In this document: positions 23,951 through 36,409 of the stretch, in pieces
How the letters are laid out: each line of letters begins with the position of its first letter
Numbering within the stretch: the first letter of the stretch is position 1
Assembly: GCF_000143415.4 (NCBI RefSeq)
Contig: NW_003314262.1
Coordinates: 18,183-82,182, forward strand
Direction: 5' to 3'
From: Selaginella moellendorffii
Taxonomy: Eukaryota > Plantae > Lycopodiophyta
DNA length: 64,000 nucleotides
Position numbers and translations under genes: made by a program
Notes under the pieces: model-generated
Told to the model about the DNA's origin: nothing
Seen by the model: the letters and a program-made list of their open reading frames with translations, nothing else
Database searches by the model: none

Positions 23951-26900
23951 TGTCGCGAATGTGACTTCGGGTATCGAAAGATACTTGTCGGCCAGTCCTT
24001 ACGGGCACTCTTTCCTTACTGCCACGACGGCAGGAGGTCAGTACTGCTGGTCCCTTTTATGGTCTCCACTCAAGCTAGTTGAGAAACTGGTCATCGCATG
24101 TGCACTTGACCAGATGAGCATAAGGACGGAATTCCTACATGCTATTAGTCAAGCATACTTGACCTGGTTAGAGAAACTCATTCGTTGACTTGCACTTGCT
24201 AGTGTTGGGAACCCCCGCAATATTGAGACTAGTCCTTCAATATTCGCTAGATGATAGCTTACCGTGTCTGCCAAACACCCTCGCTATCATACCCTTTGTG
24301 TTGGTCTCATTTCGGTCCCAAATGCTATTTATGGAAAGTGTCTAGATTAGCTCATTTGGCATATCTACAGAATGTAGAGATCGGCCTGAACACAATGGTG
24401 TTTGTTCCGTGTCCAAATTCGCAATCTAAGGACATTCCATATTTAGTAAGTTTCGGACTTGTCCCAAAGACTAACTCCTGGTACTAAGGGAGGCTTGGGG
24501 TGAAAGCCCAAAGCGTATGTCCCTCAAGGGGGGGGGGGGGGGGGCTTTGGGGGGTTCCAAATGTATAATAGGGATAGTGGTTGGAATGCATGTCCCACCC
24601 CCTGAAACATTAGTTTGGCTCCCGCTGGGCTGTGTCCCTCCTTGTTCTGCGTCCGGCTTGGGTCTAAGCCCAAGCTCCACGCTGCTCTAGTCGGGGGAGT
24701 ACCCTCCTTCTCGCGTTAGGCCACCGGTATGCCAAAATTGTGCCAGACTCCGTCTGACACCATTTTGCATGCAAGTGCTAGATACGGGGAGCTGGTGCTC
24801 GTGGGATTGTACCGGACCCTCGTTTCGTAGCGCAACCGGCTTGGAGTTCGGCTCTAAATTCAGGTGCGCTACATTTGGTATCAGAGGAATTGTCTTAGTG
24901 ATTTCTATCCAACTTTTGTCAGATTTTCTGACTCAAGTTGCATACGCAGAGACTTTTCTAGTAGATCCGAAGCGACCTGTGTAGGATTAGTTGGATAGCA
25001 CCATTCGGTAAGAACGTTGTATGCATGTTCAGTTACTGATAGAGGCATGCATGCAGCTAGCAGGATGGTGAAGAGGAACCGTGCTGATGACGCTGAAACC
25101 TCTAGACGGGCGAATCGAGAGGAGGAAACTCCTGCTAGAGATGCTGCAGAAGAGGCAGAGGCTGAGTCAAAAGAGGAAGAGCCGAATGCTGCGGTGCTGC
25201 AGCGTATGGCTCAGGAAGTCGAGATCGAGAATTTGCGAAAGGAGATTCGCAAATTGAAGAAGGAGAACAAAAAGAGGAAGAAAGAAGCTGAGGCAGCTAA
25301 ACCAGCTAAGCCTAAGCAACCAGACTCCTCTTCAAGTTCTGAGGACGATGAAGTTTTGCAGCCGCCCCCGGTTGCACGAGTTTCAAAGTTCAAGCCCCCA
25401 AAACCACCCAACTTCAGAGGCATGCGGGACTATCAGGTTTTGGAAGACTGGGTCTATGATATGGAGAACTACTTCATAGCGGCAGACGTAGATGATCGTA
25501 CGAAAGTTGCATGCGCGCAATCCTTTCTCACCGATCATGCCAAAACTTGGTGGCGCCAAGTGTGTGCTGAAAAGGGGTAGACTAGAAGTTGGACCAAGAT
25601 GCGGTCTCGTATCCGTAAGGAATACTTGCCGGATGATCTTGGTCTGAGACTTTGTGCGGAGCTGCGGCGGTTAAAGCAGCGAGGGGATCTCATGCATTAT
25701 GTTAATGCGTTTGCTCAGAAGCGCATTATGATTGCAAATATGAGTGACGAAGATGCTCGGAGTTATTTTCTGGAGGGTTTAAGTTCATTTTCTCGCAATG
25801 AGATTTTGAAGTTTAAGCCGAAGACGTACCTGAAGTGTAAGGAGGCAGCGCAGCAAGTTGCCTTTAGTCACTCACTCATGGAACAATATCAGCAACCGTA
25901 TGCTAGTAACTCAGACAAGAATAAGAATTCTGGGAATAAACAAAGTGATCGGAAACAGAGGGTGGAAAGTAGGTTCCGCCCTGGAGGCTCACAAGCAACA
26001 GTTAATAAAGGTGGTGGTGGTTGGACACCACCAGCAGCTTCTTCTGGTCCTAGGCCCTCTGCTCCTCCTCCTAGTGGGTATAAGCAGTAGCAACCTGCAA
26101 AACCTGCCCCTAGCGGAACGGGTAGTGTGGGTCATTGCTTCCATTGTGGAGAGTCAGGACATAGGTCCTCAGAATGTCCCAACAAGCATAAGACAAAGTC
26201 TCGGGTTAATGTCATGAGGGAAGACGGTGGTGATGGAGCTGAAGGGGTTGACGAGTTAGTCAATGCAGACTATGAGGAAGAAGAGGTGAGTAACTTTTGT
26301 TGCTTTCCTCAAGCTTTTCTTGCAGTCAATGCAAACACTGATCTGTTGATGTATCTGGTAGGCTTTGTCCGTGGACACCGAATCCGAGTGATGATTGACA
26401 CGGGAGCTACGCACAGCGTGATATCCGAAGACTTAGTTAAGTTGTTAGGATTGAATGCTGAGCAAATGTCGCCTATGCACTTCTGGTTTGCGGAAGGTGG
26501 GCAAGTAGCCAGAAAGTTTGTGAGTGATGTTCCAATAAAGATATCCAAGTGGAAAGAAAGAGTGGACTTGGTAGTGTTGAAGATACCAGATTTTCAGATG
26601 GTGTTTGGTATGGACTTCTTCAACAATTATATAAAAGGGATTTATGGTGCTGGACAAAGTTGTATCACATTGAAGTCAGAAGGACGTCCTGATGTATCCT
26701 TTCAGTTGCAAAAGTGTTCCTCAAAGGATTGGGATGCAAAGTTCCTGACTGCGAGGGCCGCTCAAAAAGCAGCTAAGAGGGGATGTCAGACCTTTTGGGT
26801 TCAAGTGATGGAAGCTGAGGGTGTTAATGACTCAGTTCGAATCGGCGACAGGGTTGATCCTGTACCAAAGAGGATATTGGAGTTGTTGGCGAGGAACCAG

Positions 26901-29900
26901 GATATCTTTCCGAAGGATTTGCCGCCAGGGCTACCCCCTAGCCGTGAGGTTGATCATCGGATTGAGGTTATTCCGGGTTTTAAACCACCCACGAAAGCTC
27001 CGTATCGGTTGAACATCAAGGAGATGGCTGAACTCAAGAAGCAACTCACGGAGCTTCTTGACAAAGGTCATATCCGACCAAGCAAGTCACCTTATAGAGC
27101 ACCAGTTCTTTTTGTTATGAAAAAGGATGGAACCATGAGGATGTGTATTGACTATCGGGCACTCAATAAGATCACGGTCAAGAACAGTTATCCTTTGCCT
27201 CGCATTGATGACTTGTTTGACCAACTCTTAAAGGCTAAGTATTTTACGCGACTTGATTTGCGGTCCGGGTATCATCAAATACGGGTGGCAGATCAGGATG
27301 TGGAGAAGACAGCCTTTAAGACTCGGTACGGATCTTATGAGTTCCTTGTCATGCCATTCGGGTTATGCAATGCTCCGGCAACGTTCAGCACTATGATGGA
27401 TAGAATATTTGGAGATTATTTGGATGCATTTGTCGTCCTATATATTGACGATGTTCTAGTCTTTAGTGAAACATTGAAGGATCATTTGAAACACTTGGAG
27501 CTGGTGTTTCAGAAGTTGCGCGAACACAAACTGTATGCTAAGGAAAGTAAATGCGCTTTTGGTCAATTGCGCGTATACTTTCTCAGACATATAGTTGGTG
27601 GTGGCGTGATTGAAGTCGATCCAAAAAAGGTGGAAGCGGTGAAGTCCTGGGAAGTTCCAACCACTGTATTAGATGTTCGTTCCTTTCTCGGTTTGGCGGG
27701 ATACTATCGCAAGTTTGTCCGCAATTTTGCAAGAATTGCTCTTCCGTTGACTGAGTTGACGAAGAGTAGTATTCCGTTTCATTGGACACCAGCTTGTCAG
27801 CGTGCTTTTGTATGGTTGAAGGAGATCTTGACTACAGTTCCTATTCTTAGGATCCCAGATCTTGATAAACCCTTCGAAGTGCATTGTGATGCGTCTGGCT
27901 ATGCTATTGGTGCTGTGTTGCAGCAAGATTGTGACAAAGCGGTTGGTGTTACGCTAAGGCGACATGGTTGTCCCGTTGTGTTCTATTCCAAGAAATTAGA
28001 TGAGACCCAACGAAGATGGCCAACGCATGAGAAAGAGATGTTTGCTATAGTGTCGGCCTTGGAACACTGGAGACACTACTTGGGTGGACATACCAAGGTT
28101 TATACAGATAGTAACACACTAAGCTACTTTGCTACGCAGCCTAAGCTTACACCGAAGCAGGCTCGTTGGCAAGAGAAGCTTGCTAGATATGATATTGAAA
28201 TCATATATAAACCTAGTAAAGACAATATTGTTCCGGATGCATTGAGTCGTCAAGCTCAATTCCGGGCAATATCAGCAATCAGTTCGGACTGGTTGGAAGA
28301 CGTTCGGGCTTCATATGGAAGTGATCTATTGGCGAAGATAATCTTACGCCGTGCGGAGTTGTCGAAGCAAAGCCCTGGTAGCGAAGCAGCGAAAGTTGCT
28401 AGCCGCACTAATGCAAAGCTTCACTTCTCAGTTCGGGATGGGCTTATATTCTATAAGCAAGAAAGATTGTATCTTCCCTCTAAGGATCTTCAGCAGTTAT
28501 TTCTGCGGGACATGGTGGACAGCAGCAGGACATGGTGGACAGCAAAAGACTCTAGCTTCATTGAAAAAGGGATTTTTCTGGTCTGGTATGGTGATGTAGC
28601 GGCTTATGTCCATTCCTGCCCGATATGTCAGCAATGTAAGCACAGAATTGAGAAGCAGGCTGGAAAGTTGCAATGCATTCCAGTACCGGCATGGCCATTT
28701 CAAAGTGTGACACTTGATTTTGTCACTTGTTTGCCGAAGTCTAAGGGTTATGATACTTTGATGGTGGTTGTGGATCGGCTGTCAAAGATTGCACACTTCA
28801 TTCCAACTGTGAGAACAGTAAATGTGAAACAAGCAGCAAAGCTCTTTTTCCATGAAGTAGTGCGAGTTCGTGGTCTTCCTGAAGAAATGATCTCAGATAG
28901 AGATTCGAGGTTTACGGGGAAGTTTTGGGGAACCCTATTCCAGTTGTTTGGTACCAAGTTGAAGTTTAGTACAGCTTATCATCCTCAAACTGATGGGCAA
29001 ACCGAACGCGTGAATGCTCAAGTTGAGGATTATCTGCGGTACTATGTCGCGGCGGACCAACGTGACTGGGTTGAGCATTTGGATACAGCAGAAATCTGTT
29101 ATAACAACACATTTCACAGCGCTATAGGCTGTTCTCCATGGGAGATGCTGCAAGGGAATGCTTGTGGGGTTCCTCAACAGATTGTTGTACCGAAACCAAT
29201 GACTGAAGTGTTGGTCCCAGCCGTTGAAACTTATGCGGAGCAGCTACACCAAGGTTGGTCTAAAGCTACCGAGGCGATGGGCAAAGCTCAGGATAGGTAT
29301 CGACGTGATAAAGATCAGTATCGTTGGAATGTATCCTATCAAGTGGGAGATCAGGTGTGGCTATCTTCCCGAAACTTGAACATTAAGGGTTCTTTGTCTC
29401 GGAAGCTCTTGCCAAGATATGTTGGACCCTATCGGGTGCTAAAACGCATTGGTGATGTATCCTATCGGTTGGATCTGCCTGTGGAGAATTCCAATGTTCA
29501 TAATGTATTTCATGCCAATCTATTGGCTCCTTACACTATGGATGCTGCACGTCAAGGGGAGATTCGTCTGCCACCAGATGTTGTGGACGGTTAACCTGAA
29601 TACGAAGTTGAAAGCATTCTGGCTTGTTGCCGGAAACATGGTGGTTGTGCAAAGGAATATCTCGTTAAGTGGAAAGGTTACCCGACCTGTGAATCAACCT
29701 GGGAACCTCTTAGTAATCTTACACATGCTCGTGAGCTTGTCACGGAGTATGAGCATCGTAATAAAGATTAGTTTTTGTAAATCTTGTAATCAATCTTGCA
29801 AATTAATAAAGTAATATATTTCTATAAATCAAAATGTCATTTCTCTCGTTCATTCGTACTTGGGTCAGTTTTGGCAGGCTGACTTCGGCACTTCGGTGCA

Positions 29901-31305
29901 TGGGTCCAATCCATAACCATGGGGATAACTATTATAGACTGATCACAAGTCCCCGCCTCTCTCTCAGTGACTCACTTTTGAAAAGGGGCGTGGTCGTGTA
30001 AACAACTTAATTTGCCAGTTTATAATAGTTGTCTAAATCTTCCCGACGGGGTTGATTTCTTGCTCAGGGGATGTGAGCCTCTAGCCTTCTCCCTATGTCC
30101 CTGCGGGCAGGGATATATCATTCCTTTGTAAGCCGAGTGGTACTCGGAGCAGCAAGGGGGGCTAACTCTGTTAGTCCTTTCCTTGTCGGTGACGGCCGGA
30201 GGGTGTCTGAGTCTTAACGTCTTTGGACGTAGAGGAGAGGTCGTTCCATAACTCATTTAAGTCAGTATGTTTCCCACATAGTGTGCTTTCCGTTAAATTT
30301 CGGAGTTGTTTCCTTGACGGTTTGCTAAACTCGGGTATACATCGACGAGGACGTCGATCTTCCTCAAGGGGGGGAGAGTGTCGCGAATGTGACTTCGGGT
30401 ATCGAAAGATACTTGTCGGCCAGTCCTTACGGGCACTCTTTCCTTACTGCCACGACGGCAGGAGGTCGGTACTGCTGGTCCCTTTTATGGTCTCCACTCA
30501 AGCTAGTTGAGAAACTGGTCATCGCATGTGCACTTGACCAGATGAGCATAAGGATGGAATTCCTACATGCTATTAGTCAAGCATACTTGACCTGGTTAGA
30601 GAAACTCATTCGTTGACTTGCACTTGCTAGTGTTGGGAACCCCCGCGATATTGAGACTAGTCCCTCAATATTCGCTAGATGATAGCTTACCGTGTCTGCC
30701 AAACACCCTCGCTATCATACCCTTTGTGTTGGTCTCATTTCGGTCCCAAATGCTATTTATAAAAAGTGTCTAGATTAGCTCATTTGGCATATCTACGGAA
30801 TGTAGAGATCGGCCTGAACACAATGGTGTTCGTTCCGTGTCCAAATTCGCAATCTAAGGACATTCCATATTTAGTAAGTTTCGGACTTGTCCCAGAGACT
30901 AACTCCTGGTACTAAGGGAGGCTTGGGGTGAAAGCCCAAAGCGTATGTCCCTCAAGGGGGGGGGGGGGGGGGGGGGCTGTGGGGGGTTCCAAATGTATAG
31001 TAGGGATAGTGGTTGGAATGCATGTCCAACCACCTGAGACATTAGTTTGGCTCCCGCTGGGCTGTGTCGCTCCTTGTTCTGCATCTGGCTTGGGTTTAAG
31101 CCCAAGCTCCACGCTGCTCTAGTCGGTGGAGTACCCTCCTTCTCGCGTTAGGCCACCGGTATGCCAAAATTGTGCCAGACTCCGTTTGACACCATTTTGC
31201 GTGCAGGTGCTGGATACGGGGAGCTGGTGCTCGTGGGATTGTACCGGACCCTCGTTTCGTAGCGCAATGGGCTTGGAGTTCGGCTCCAAATTCAGGTGTG
31301 CTACA
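23951..31305 (+). mobile_element. Element B: full-length chromoviral Ty3/gypsy nested in the integrase of A
   Basis: LTRs 23951-24873 and 30379-31305. TSD GTGGT. PBS TGGTATCAGAG at 24876-86. PPT AAGGGGGGGAGAG at 30366-78. Removing B restores DAIFVVVDRFSK in A. Confidence 0.97.
25065..29771 (+). pseudogene. Element B gag-pol with chromodomain
   Basis: Single frame with stops at 25578, 26088 and 29592. Motifs [36 protein letters not shown] and chromodomain YEVESIL..YLVKWKGYPTCESTWEP. Confidence 0.93.
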
Positions 31306-31531
31306 GTGGTGGACCGATTTTCAAAGATGGCACATTTCATACCCACCACAACGAAAGTGGATGCGGAAGGTGTGGCGAAGCTGTTCTTTGAACAAGTGGT
31401 TCGAGTGCGGGGAAGGCCGGAAGAGATTATCTTAGATCGAGATAAGATCTTCACCAGTAGGTTCTGGAGGACACTCCTAGAACAGTATTGCACCAAATTG
31501 AAATTCAGCACAGCCTATCACCCACAGACAG

Positions 31532-31578
31532 GTAATGGGTATTAAGTCAAGATTGATGGCACTAACACTTCTTGACAG
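31532..31578 (+). other. Predicted spliceosomal intron 1 in element A integrase (47 nt)
   Basis: CAG|GTAATG...CACTAAC...TTGACAG|AC. Removal gives HPQTDGQMER. Confidence 0.8.
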
Positions 31579-31993
31579 ACGGACAAATGGAAAGGGTGAA
31601 TAGGCAGCTGGAGGATTATTTGCGATGCTATGTCTCGGGAGACCAGACCGACTGGGTAAGTCATTTGGGACTTGCGGAAATGTGTTACAACAACTCACCA
31701 CATTCGAGCATCGGGGTGAGTCCATGGGAAGTCATCAATGGGCAAGCTATTGAAGGTCCTGTGGAACTCGGCGTGGCCGAGTATCATGGAGAGTTACCCG
31801 CAGTGGAGGCATTCACGGCGGAAAGACTCAACATTTGGAATCTAGTGAGGGATTCCTAACGGGCTCAACAAAGGCAAACTAAGTACGTGAACCAAAAGCG
31901 TCGGGATGTGGAGTTCCAAGCTGGGGAGAAGGTGTGGCTGAACACCAAGAACCTTAGGCTACCAAGTGGGATCAGCCGGAAGTTGACCCAAAG

Positions 31994-32045
31994 GTAAAAA
32001 TGCATGTATTCCTATAAATGAATTGATCTTGAGTTCCTTAAGCAG
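31994..32045 (+). other. Predicted spliceosomal intron 2 in element A integrase (52 nt)
   Basis: AAG|GTAAAA...AT-rich...AAGCAG|A. Removal gives KLTQRFAGPYEI. Confidence 0.8.
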
Positions 32046-32828
32046 ATTCGCGGGGCCTTACGAGATTGAGGCTCGAATCGGTAAAGTGGCTTACCATCTC
32101 CGACTTCCTCGAGAGATGGGGAAGATGCATCCCGTGTTCCACGTGAACTTACTCAAGCCGTATTTTGAGGATCCGCTTCGCAAGGACCAAGTAAGACCTT
32201 TACCTGAGGTTATCCAAGGGGAGGAGGAATACGAAGTCGAGGCCATCCTCAATGCGCGCAAGAGCAAGCGACAAGGACGCGAGGTGAGAGAGTTCCATGT
32301 GAAGTGGAAAGGATTTCCACACTGCGAAGCAACAGGGAACCGGAGGAGAACCTAACGAACGCGCGAGATCTAGTGGAGGAATTTTTGCATGGCAGAACTC
32401 TATGTACTTATGCAAAGTTCAATTAAAAGTATCAATTTGAGAAGTTGAGCAATGGCATATGTTGGGACCCGAAGGCGCGCCGAAGGTAAGCTAATTAGCA
32501 TGGGTTAGCTAGGTCGACCAAGCGTAGGGAGCTACGCCCGACTCCCTGCGGGGATATCGAATCCGTAGACGTATTCTACGGAGGTTGGGTTCGAGTCCCA
32601 ACCCCCTAGTAAAGCAAGGCTGGGTTCAAGTCCCGACCCCATACTAGGGCATGGTGAGGTGAGGAGTATAGAGACACCTATATTCCGTTGTCATGGGCTC
32701 TTGGCCGGGGAGGCTAACTTAGGCACACCGCTAAGTGGGGGGATGCCCCCGGAGACATGGTCAACAAGTTGTAGGATAAAACGAGATGTTCGATGTGGGC
32801 ATCGAACTTCTTCTATGGGTGGTGGAGT

Positions 32829-33965
32829 TGTAAGGAACCAACTCGCCGAGGTGTCGTAGGCTAAAGGAACCCCGAAAGCATGACCAAAATGACAAAGAGT
32901 TCATCGGATGGGACCAAGTCGAAGATCGAGTCCAAGACCGACTCTAGGATCGAGTTCGAGATAGAGTCCGGAATCGAGTCCGAGACCGAATCGGGGACCG
33001 AGTTCGAGTCCGAGTTCGAGACCGAGTTCGAGACGGAGTCCGAGATCCGAAATCGGGTCCGAGGTCGAGTCCGAGGTCGGGTCCGAGATCGGGTCCGAGA
33101 TCGAGTCCGAGATCGAGTCCGAGACCGAATCCGAAGTCAGATCTGAAATTGGGTCCGAGATCGAGCCAGAGACTAAGTCCAAATACTAATACGGGTCAAG
33201 GGGTGAAAGCCCAAAGTGTGCGTCTCCCAGGGGGGGGGGGGTTGCAGAGGGTTCCAAAAGTATAGTAGGGATAGTGAGGTCCAAGAACCAGTTTTGAAGG
33301 GACTCTCCAATTAGGCTTCCAAACCGACTTGAGGTTGAGACTGGGACCGAGGGGCCTTGGGTGGAAGTGAGCATGGACTTGGCTGGTGCCAGAGGGGCCA
33401 TCCAAGGAAGTGCTCAAGAGCAACTCCCACTCCTGAAAGGGAAACCGATTGCGGTGCTCCCAGCTCATGTGGAGTGGTGCCCCACTTGAGTACCATACGG
33501 CTCATTGGTCCTCGCCCTTCCTAGGGGCTTGGGCCTTCCTTCGGGATGGAAGTGGGGGGGTAGAGGTACCCATACCGGGCCGCTAGGCCACGGTGTTTCG
33601 CCCCGGCGTCCCGAAGCAAGTGTTGCACTCAAGACTTGGGATTTAGAGGGTCCCATGATCAAGTCTTGTGGTACCAAGGAATGTTAGGAACCTGGAAGCT
33701 TGGTGTGCTTGGTTGCTTGTGCTTGCGGGGAGTGTAGCCGAACCTTAAGTCCAGTCTAACCCGGGGAGGGGGATTGGGAGTGATTTGGGAATCCGTGGAA
33801 GGATGGCTAACACTCCGTTGCTCGTGCAGTGAGTAGCTGAAACCAAGTAGGAGTTGGTACCATAGGCAAGAACCTTGGCAAGGGAACTTAGCAAAAGCCA
33901 AGACAGTGTTGGACGGATAGTCGAGGTAAGCTGGTAAATTGGAAAGGAAAAATTTGTGGCTTACA
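32829..33965 (+). repeat. Element A 3' LTR
   Basis: Repeat of 19070-20250 with a shorter hexamer array. Preceded by an atypical PPT (TATGGGTGGTGGAGT). Confidence 0.97.
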
Positions 33966-36409
33966 ATCATGACCATATAGAAGTTTATATGGTAAAGCAC
34001 TAATAGCACCTTTATAAAATCCATATACTAAAGAGATGACAAATAACCATCCCAATTCGAATGTTAAAAGTTCATGTACTTCACGATTATCCCTTTAAAG
34101 ATTCGAATAAACCATTCTACCAAACTATATGATTGTCGATGATAAGCACTCGTGAAAGTGTGGCATATCCCCAACCAAGATGTTAAGATGTGAAATGACT
34201 CAGCCATAAATGCAAGACTATTATCTGAAAGAATTCGCTCTAGATAATAATGTTAGAACACCACTTGATTGAGGAGGAAGTATCTAATAACAATTGCAGG
34301 CGAACTAACAACTTCTACCAAGTCAAGTAATTAGAATAATAATGACATACTCATTGCCAGTAGTTGAATGTGGAAAAGGCCCCATCAAATCAAATGCTTG
34401 TACTTCCGTAGCACAAAAAGGAGTATTACAAGCTTGACACTAAACGTATAACATCACGTCATATCTTCAGTTAATAGAAAAACCTAGTAGCTTCTCAATC
34501 ATATGATGATGTCCCATATTCCTACATATCATGATAGGTATGGAGAAAGTATAAAATAAAAATTGAAGGCACCACCACTCATAAATGATCATTGAAATTC
34601 ATCCCCACAAAATAAAGAAGTTTGTCCTCAATGTGATATTGAGAATACAAATGCCAAAATGGCAAGTTATCAATAAGTGATGCAAAATTCTCAAACTTAT
34701 TGTGAAAACTTTAGATCCATAACTCAACTTTTTGAGCTTTATGAACCTCATCACGAGAAGGTAAATTATGAATACTAAACATTAAGTATAACAATTGCTA
34801 ACGGCACGGAATTCTTGTCTAAAAAATCCATAAACCTTGGAACAACAAACTTGTTAAAAATATAAAAAGAGAGCAAAGAAGGAAGAGAAGCTCAAGAAAG
34901 GGTGTCATAAAACTCCCCAGGTGATGAATAACATTGAAATCATATATATGAAGTTTTAAAACCCATCAAGTAGTACCAACTGAAGCTTGAGATTGCCCAT
35001 ATGCACAATTACATTTGCCTCATCTCGTGCATATGGCTATAAAGAATGAAAATTGGCTCTACTACATGACGCAAATAGAGACGGCAACTTGTGTTAACAG
35101 ACTAAGCAATAAAGGATAAACTCAAGCTTGTATCAACTAATATGGAAAAAATAATAAAAGACCTCTTATTACAAAAATAAACTTGGAAAGTAAACATTTG
35201 ATGAATTGGTGCCAAATAAACCCCTTGATAATACTCTTGAAAAAAACATAGAGGGGTCACCAATTTATTTGCACAAGGACCCTTTGTTACTTGTATGATT
35301 CCTTATTTCCTAGAAGCATCTCAATGTCCAGACTTTCTACTACAATAGCATTAATAGGACGTCGTTGATGCTAAGGTTTCCACCCAGAAAATGGAGATTG
35401 TCAATCTGGAAAACACTAATAATGTTGACAAGTGTGACCAATTGCATCATATGACTAGCAGTAGACATCACGACCACAACTATGTCCTCGCCCTTGTCCT
35501 TGAACTCAAGTAATAATAGCATTAACCTCAATTGGAACAAAACCATCTCTTTTATGAAATGGAGTTGAAAGACATGCAATAAGAATTGGAAGATGTGATG
35601 TTTCATAATGTTATGTCAAGTGAAGTGCATCATCAAAGGTGGTTGGACTAAGTGTATGCACAAGTTTTACAAAATCTTGGCGAAATATTGGCCACAACAT
35701 TCCCAACTTGATCCACTTTGACATATTTGACTCCGCATGAAGCAAGAAATTTTAGAAATGAATATTAAATAGCTCTTGATGATGCAATTGTTAGAAAGTG
35801 TCATTTCAATCATCGGCATGTCTAAATGCAGGTTTGAAGATGTCTAGAAGAATGCTCCAATCCTTACGAGTGGCTGCACTCAAACCATTCTACCACTGTA
35901 GTGTCATCCTTTGGAGATATGTGGGAAACTCACGCAAACACTAACTCATCCCTAAAATGACATGTGACAATCATTATAAAGTGATTGACTCAATAGTACA
36001 CATCATCCCTAAGACTCCTATGAAAGAACTTTAGTTGAATGTGAGGATTAGCAATAAAAGCAAGAGGAGTTGTACCACATGCCATAAATACTGTCATTAA
36101 TTGAGTTTGATTGTTCAACTATAAACATATAACATCAAGTAATTGCACCAATTGTTGCTCCAAAGTCAAAGGAGGAGGAGGCTAATGCTCTATCATGAAG
36201 ATGAACAAAAAGGAAAAACCAAAAGAGAAAAAATTGAAAAAGTTATCAAGAAAAGGAGATCTAAATGATGCAAAAACTAATCTAAGCTCCTAAATTTGGA
36301 CTTTCTGGGAGGTCACCTTACCCATTATTATTCAAACCCAAGGACAATTAATCCCAAGTATCCCAAGACTCTTAACCAATTGGAAAAAGGGGTGCATTTT
36401 TATTCATTA

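Larger units (their letters stand above)
31311..32426 (+). pseudogene. Element A pol, part 2 (integrase core, GPY/F module, chromodomain), interrupted by two intron-like inserts
   Basis: The frame is continuous only after removing 31532-31578 and 31994-32045. One TAA at 31857 and a 1-nt deletion in the chromodomain (ATWEP) remain. Confidence 0.9.
19070..33965 (+). mobile_element. Element A: full-length chromoviral Ty3/gypsy LTR retrotransposon interrupted by element B
   Basis: LTRs 19070-20250 and 32829-33965 (TGTAAG...CTTACA). TSD ATCAT at 19065-69 and 33966-70. PBS TGGTATCGGAGC at 20254-20265. Gag, CCHC, PR, RT, RH, INT and chromodomain present. Confidence 0.97.
18715..36280 (-). mobile_element. 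Decayed gypsy family C copy 2, split by element A (pieces 18715-19069 and 33966-36280)
   Basis: Integrase C-terminal remnant (QWKGPYHV) at 18714-18944. The joined flanks match the uninterrupted copy 1 at about 1640-1690. RT is deleted. Confidence 0.8.

Noticed and set aside
23951-24188. Novel C-terminal extension of the 491-aa pol ORF
   Set aside because: It is read-through into the LTR of inserted element B.
24105-24190. Hammerhead ribozyme (retrozyme) in the B LTR
   Set aside because: The core reads CAGATGAG rather than CTGATGA, no consistent three-stem fold is apparent, and the motif is not kept in the 520-1538 LTR.
27930-27965. 12-aa insertion in element B RNase H as an intron or mini-element
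   Set aside because: It is in frame, has no GT-AG or TSD, and falls in a variable loop.
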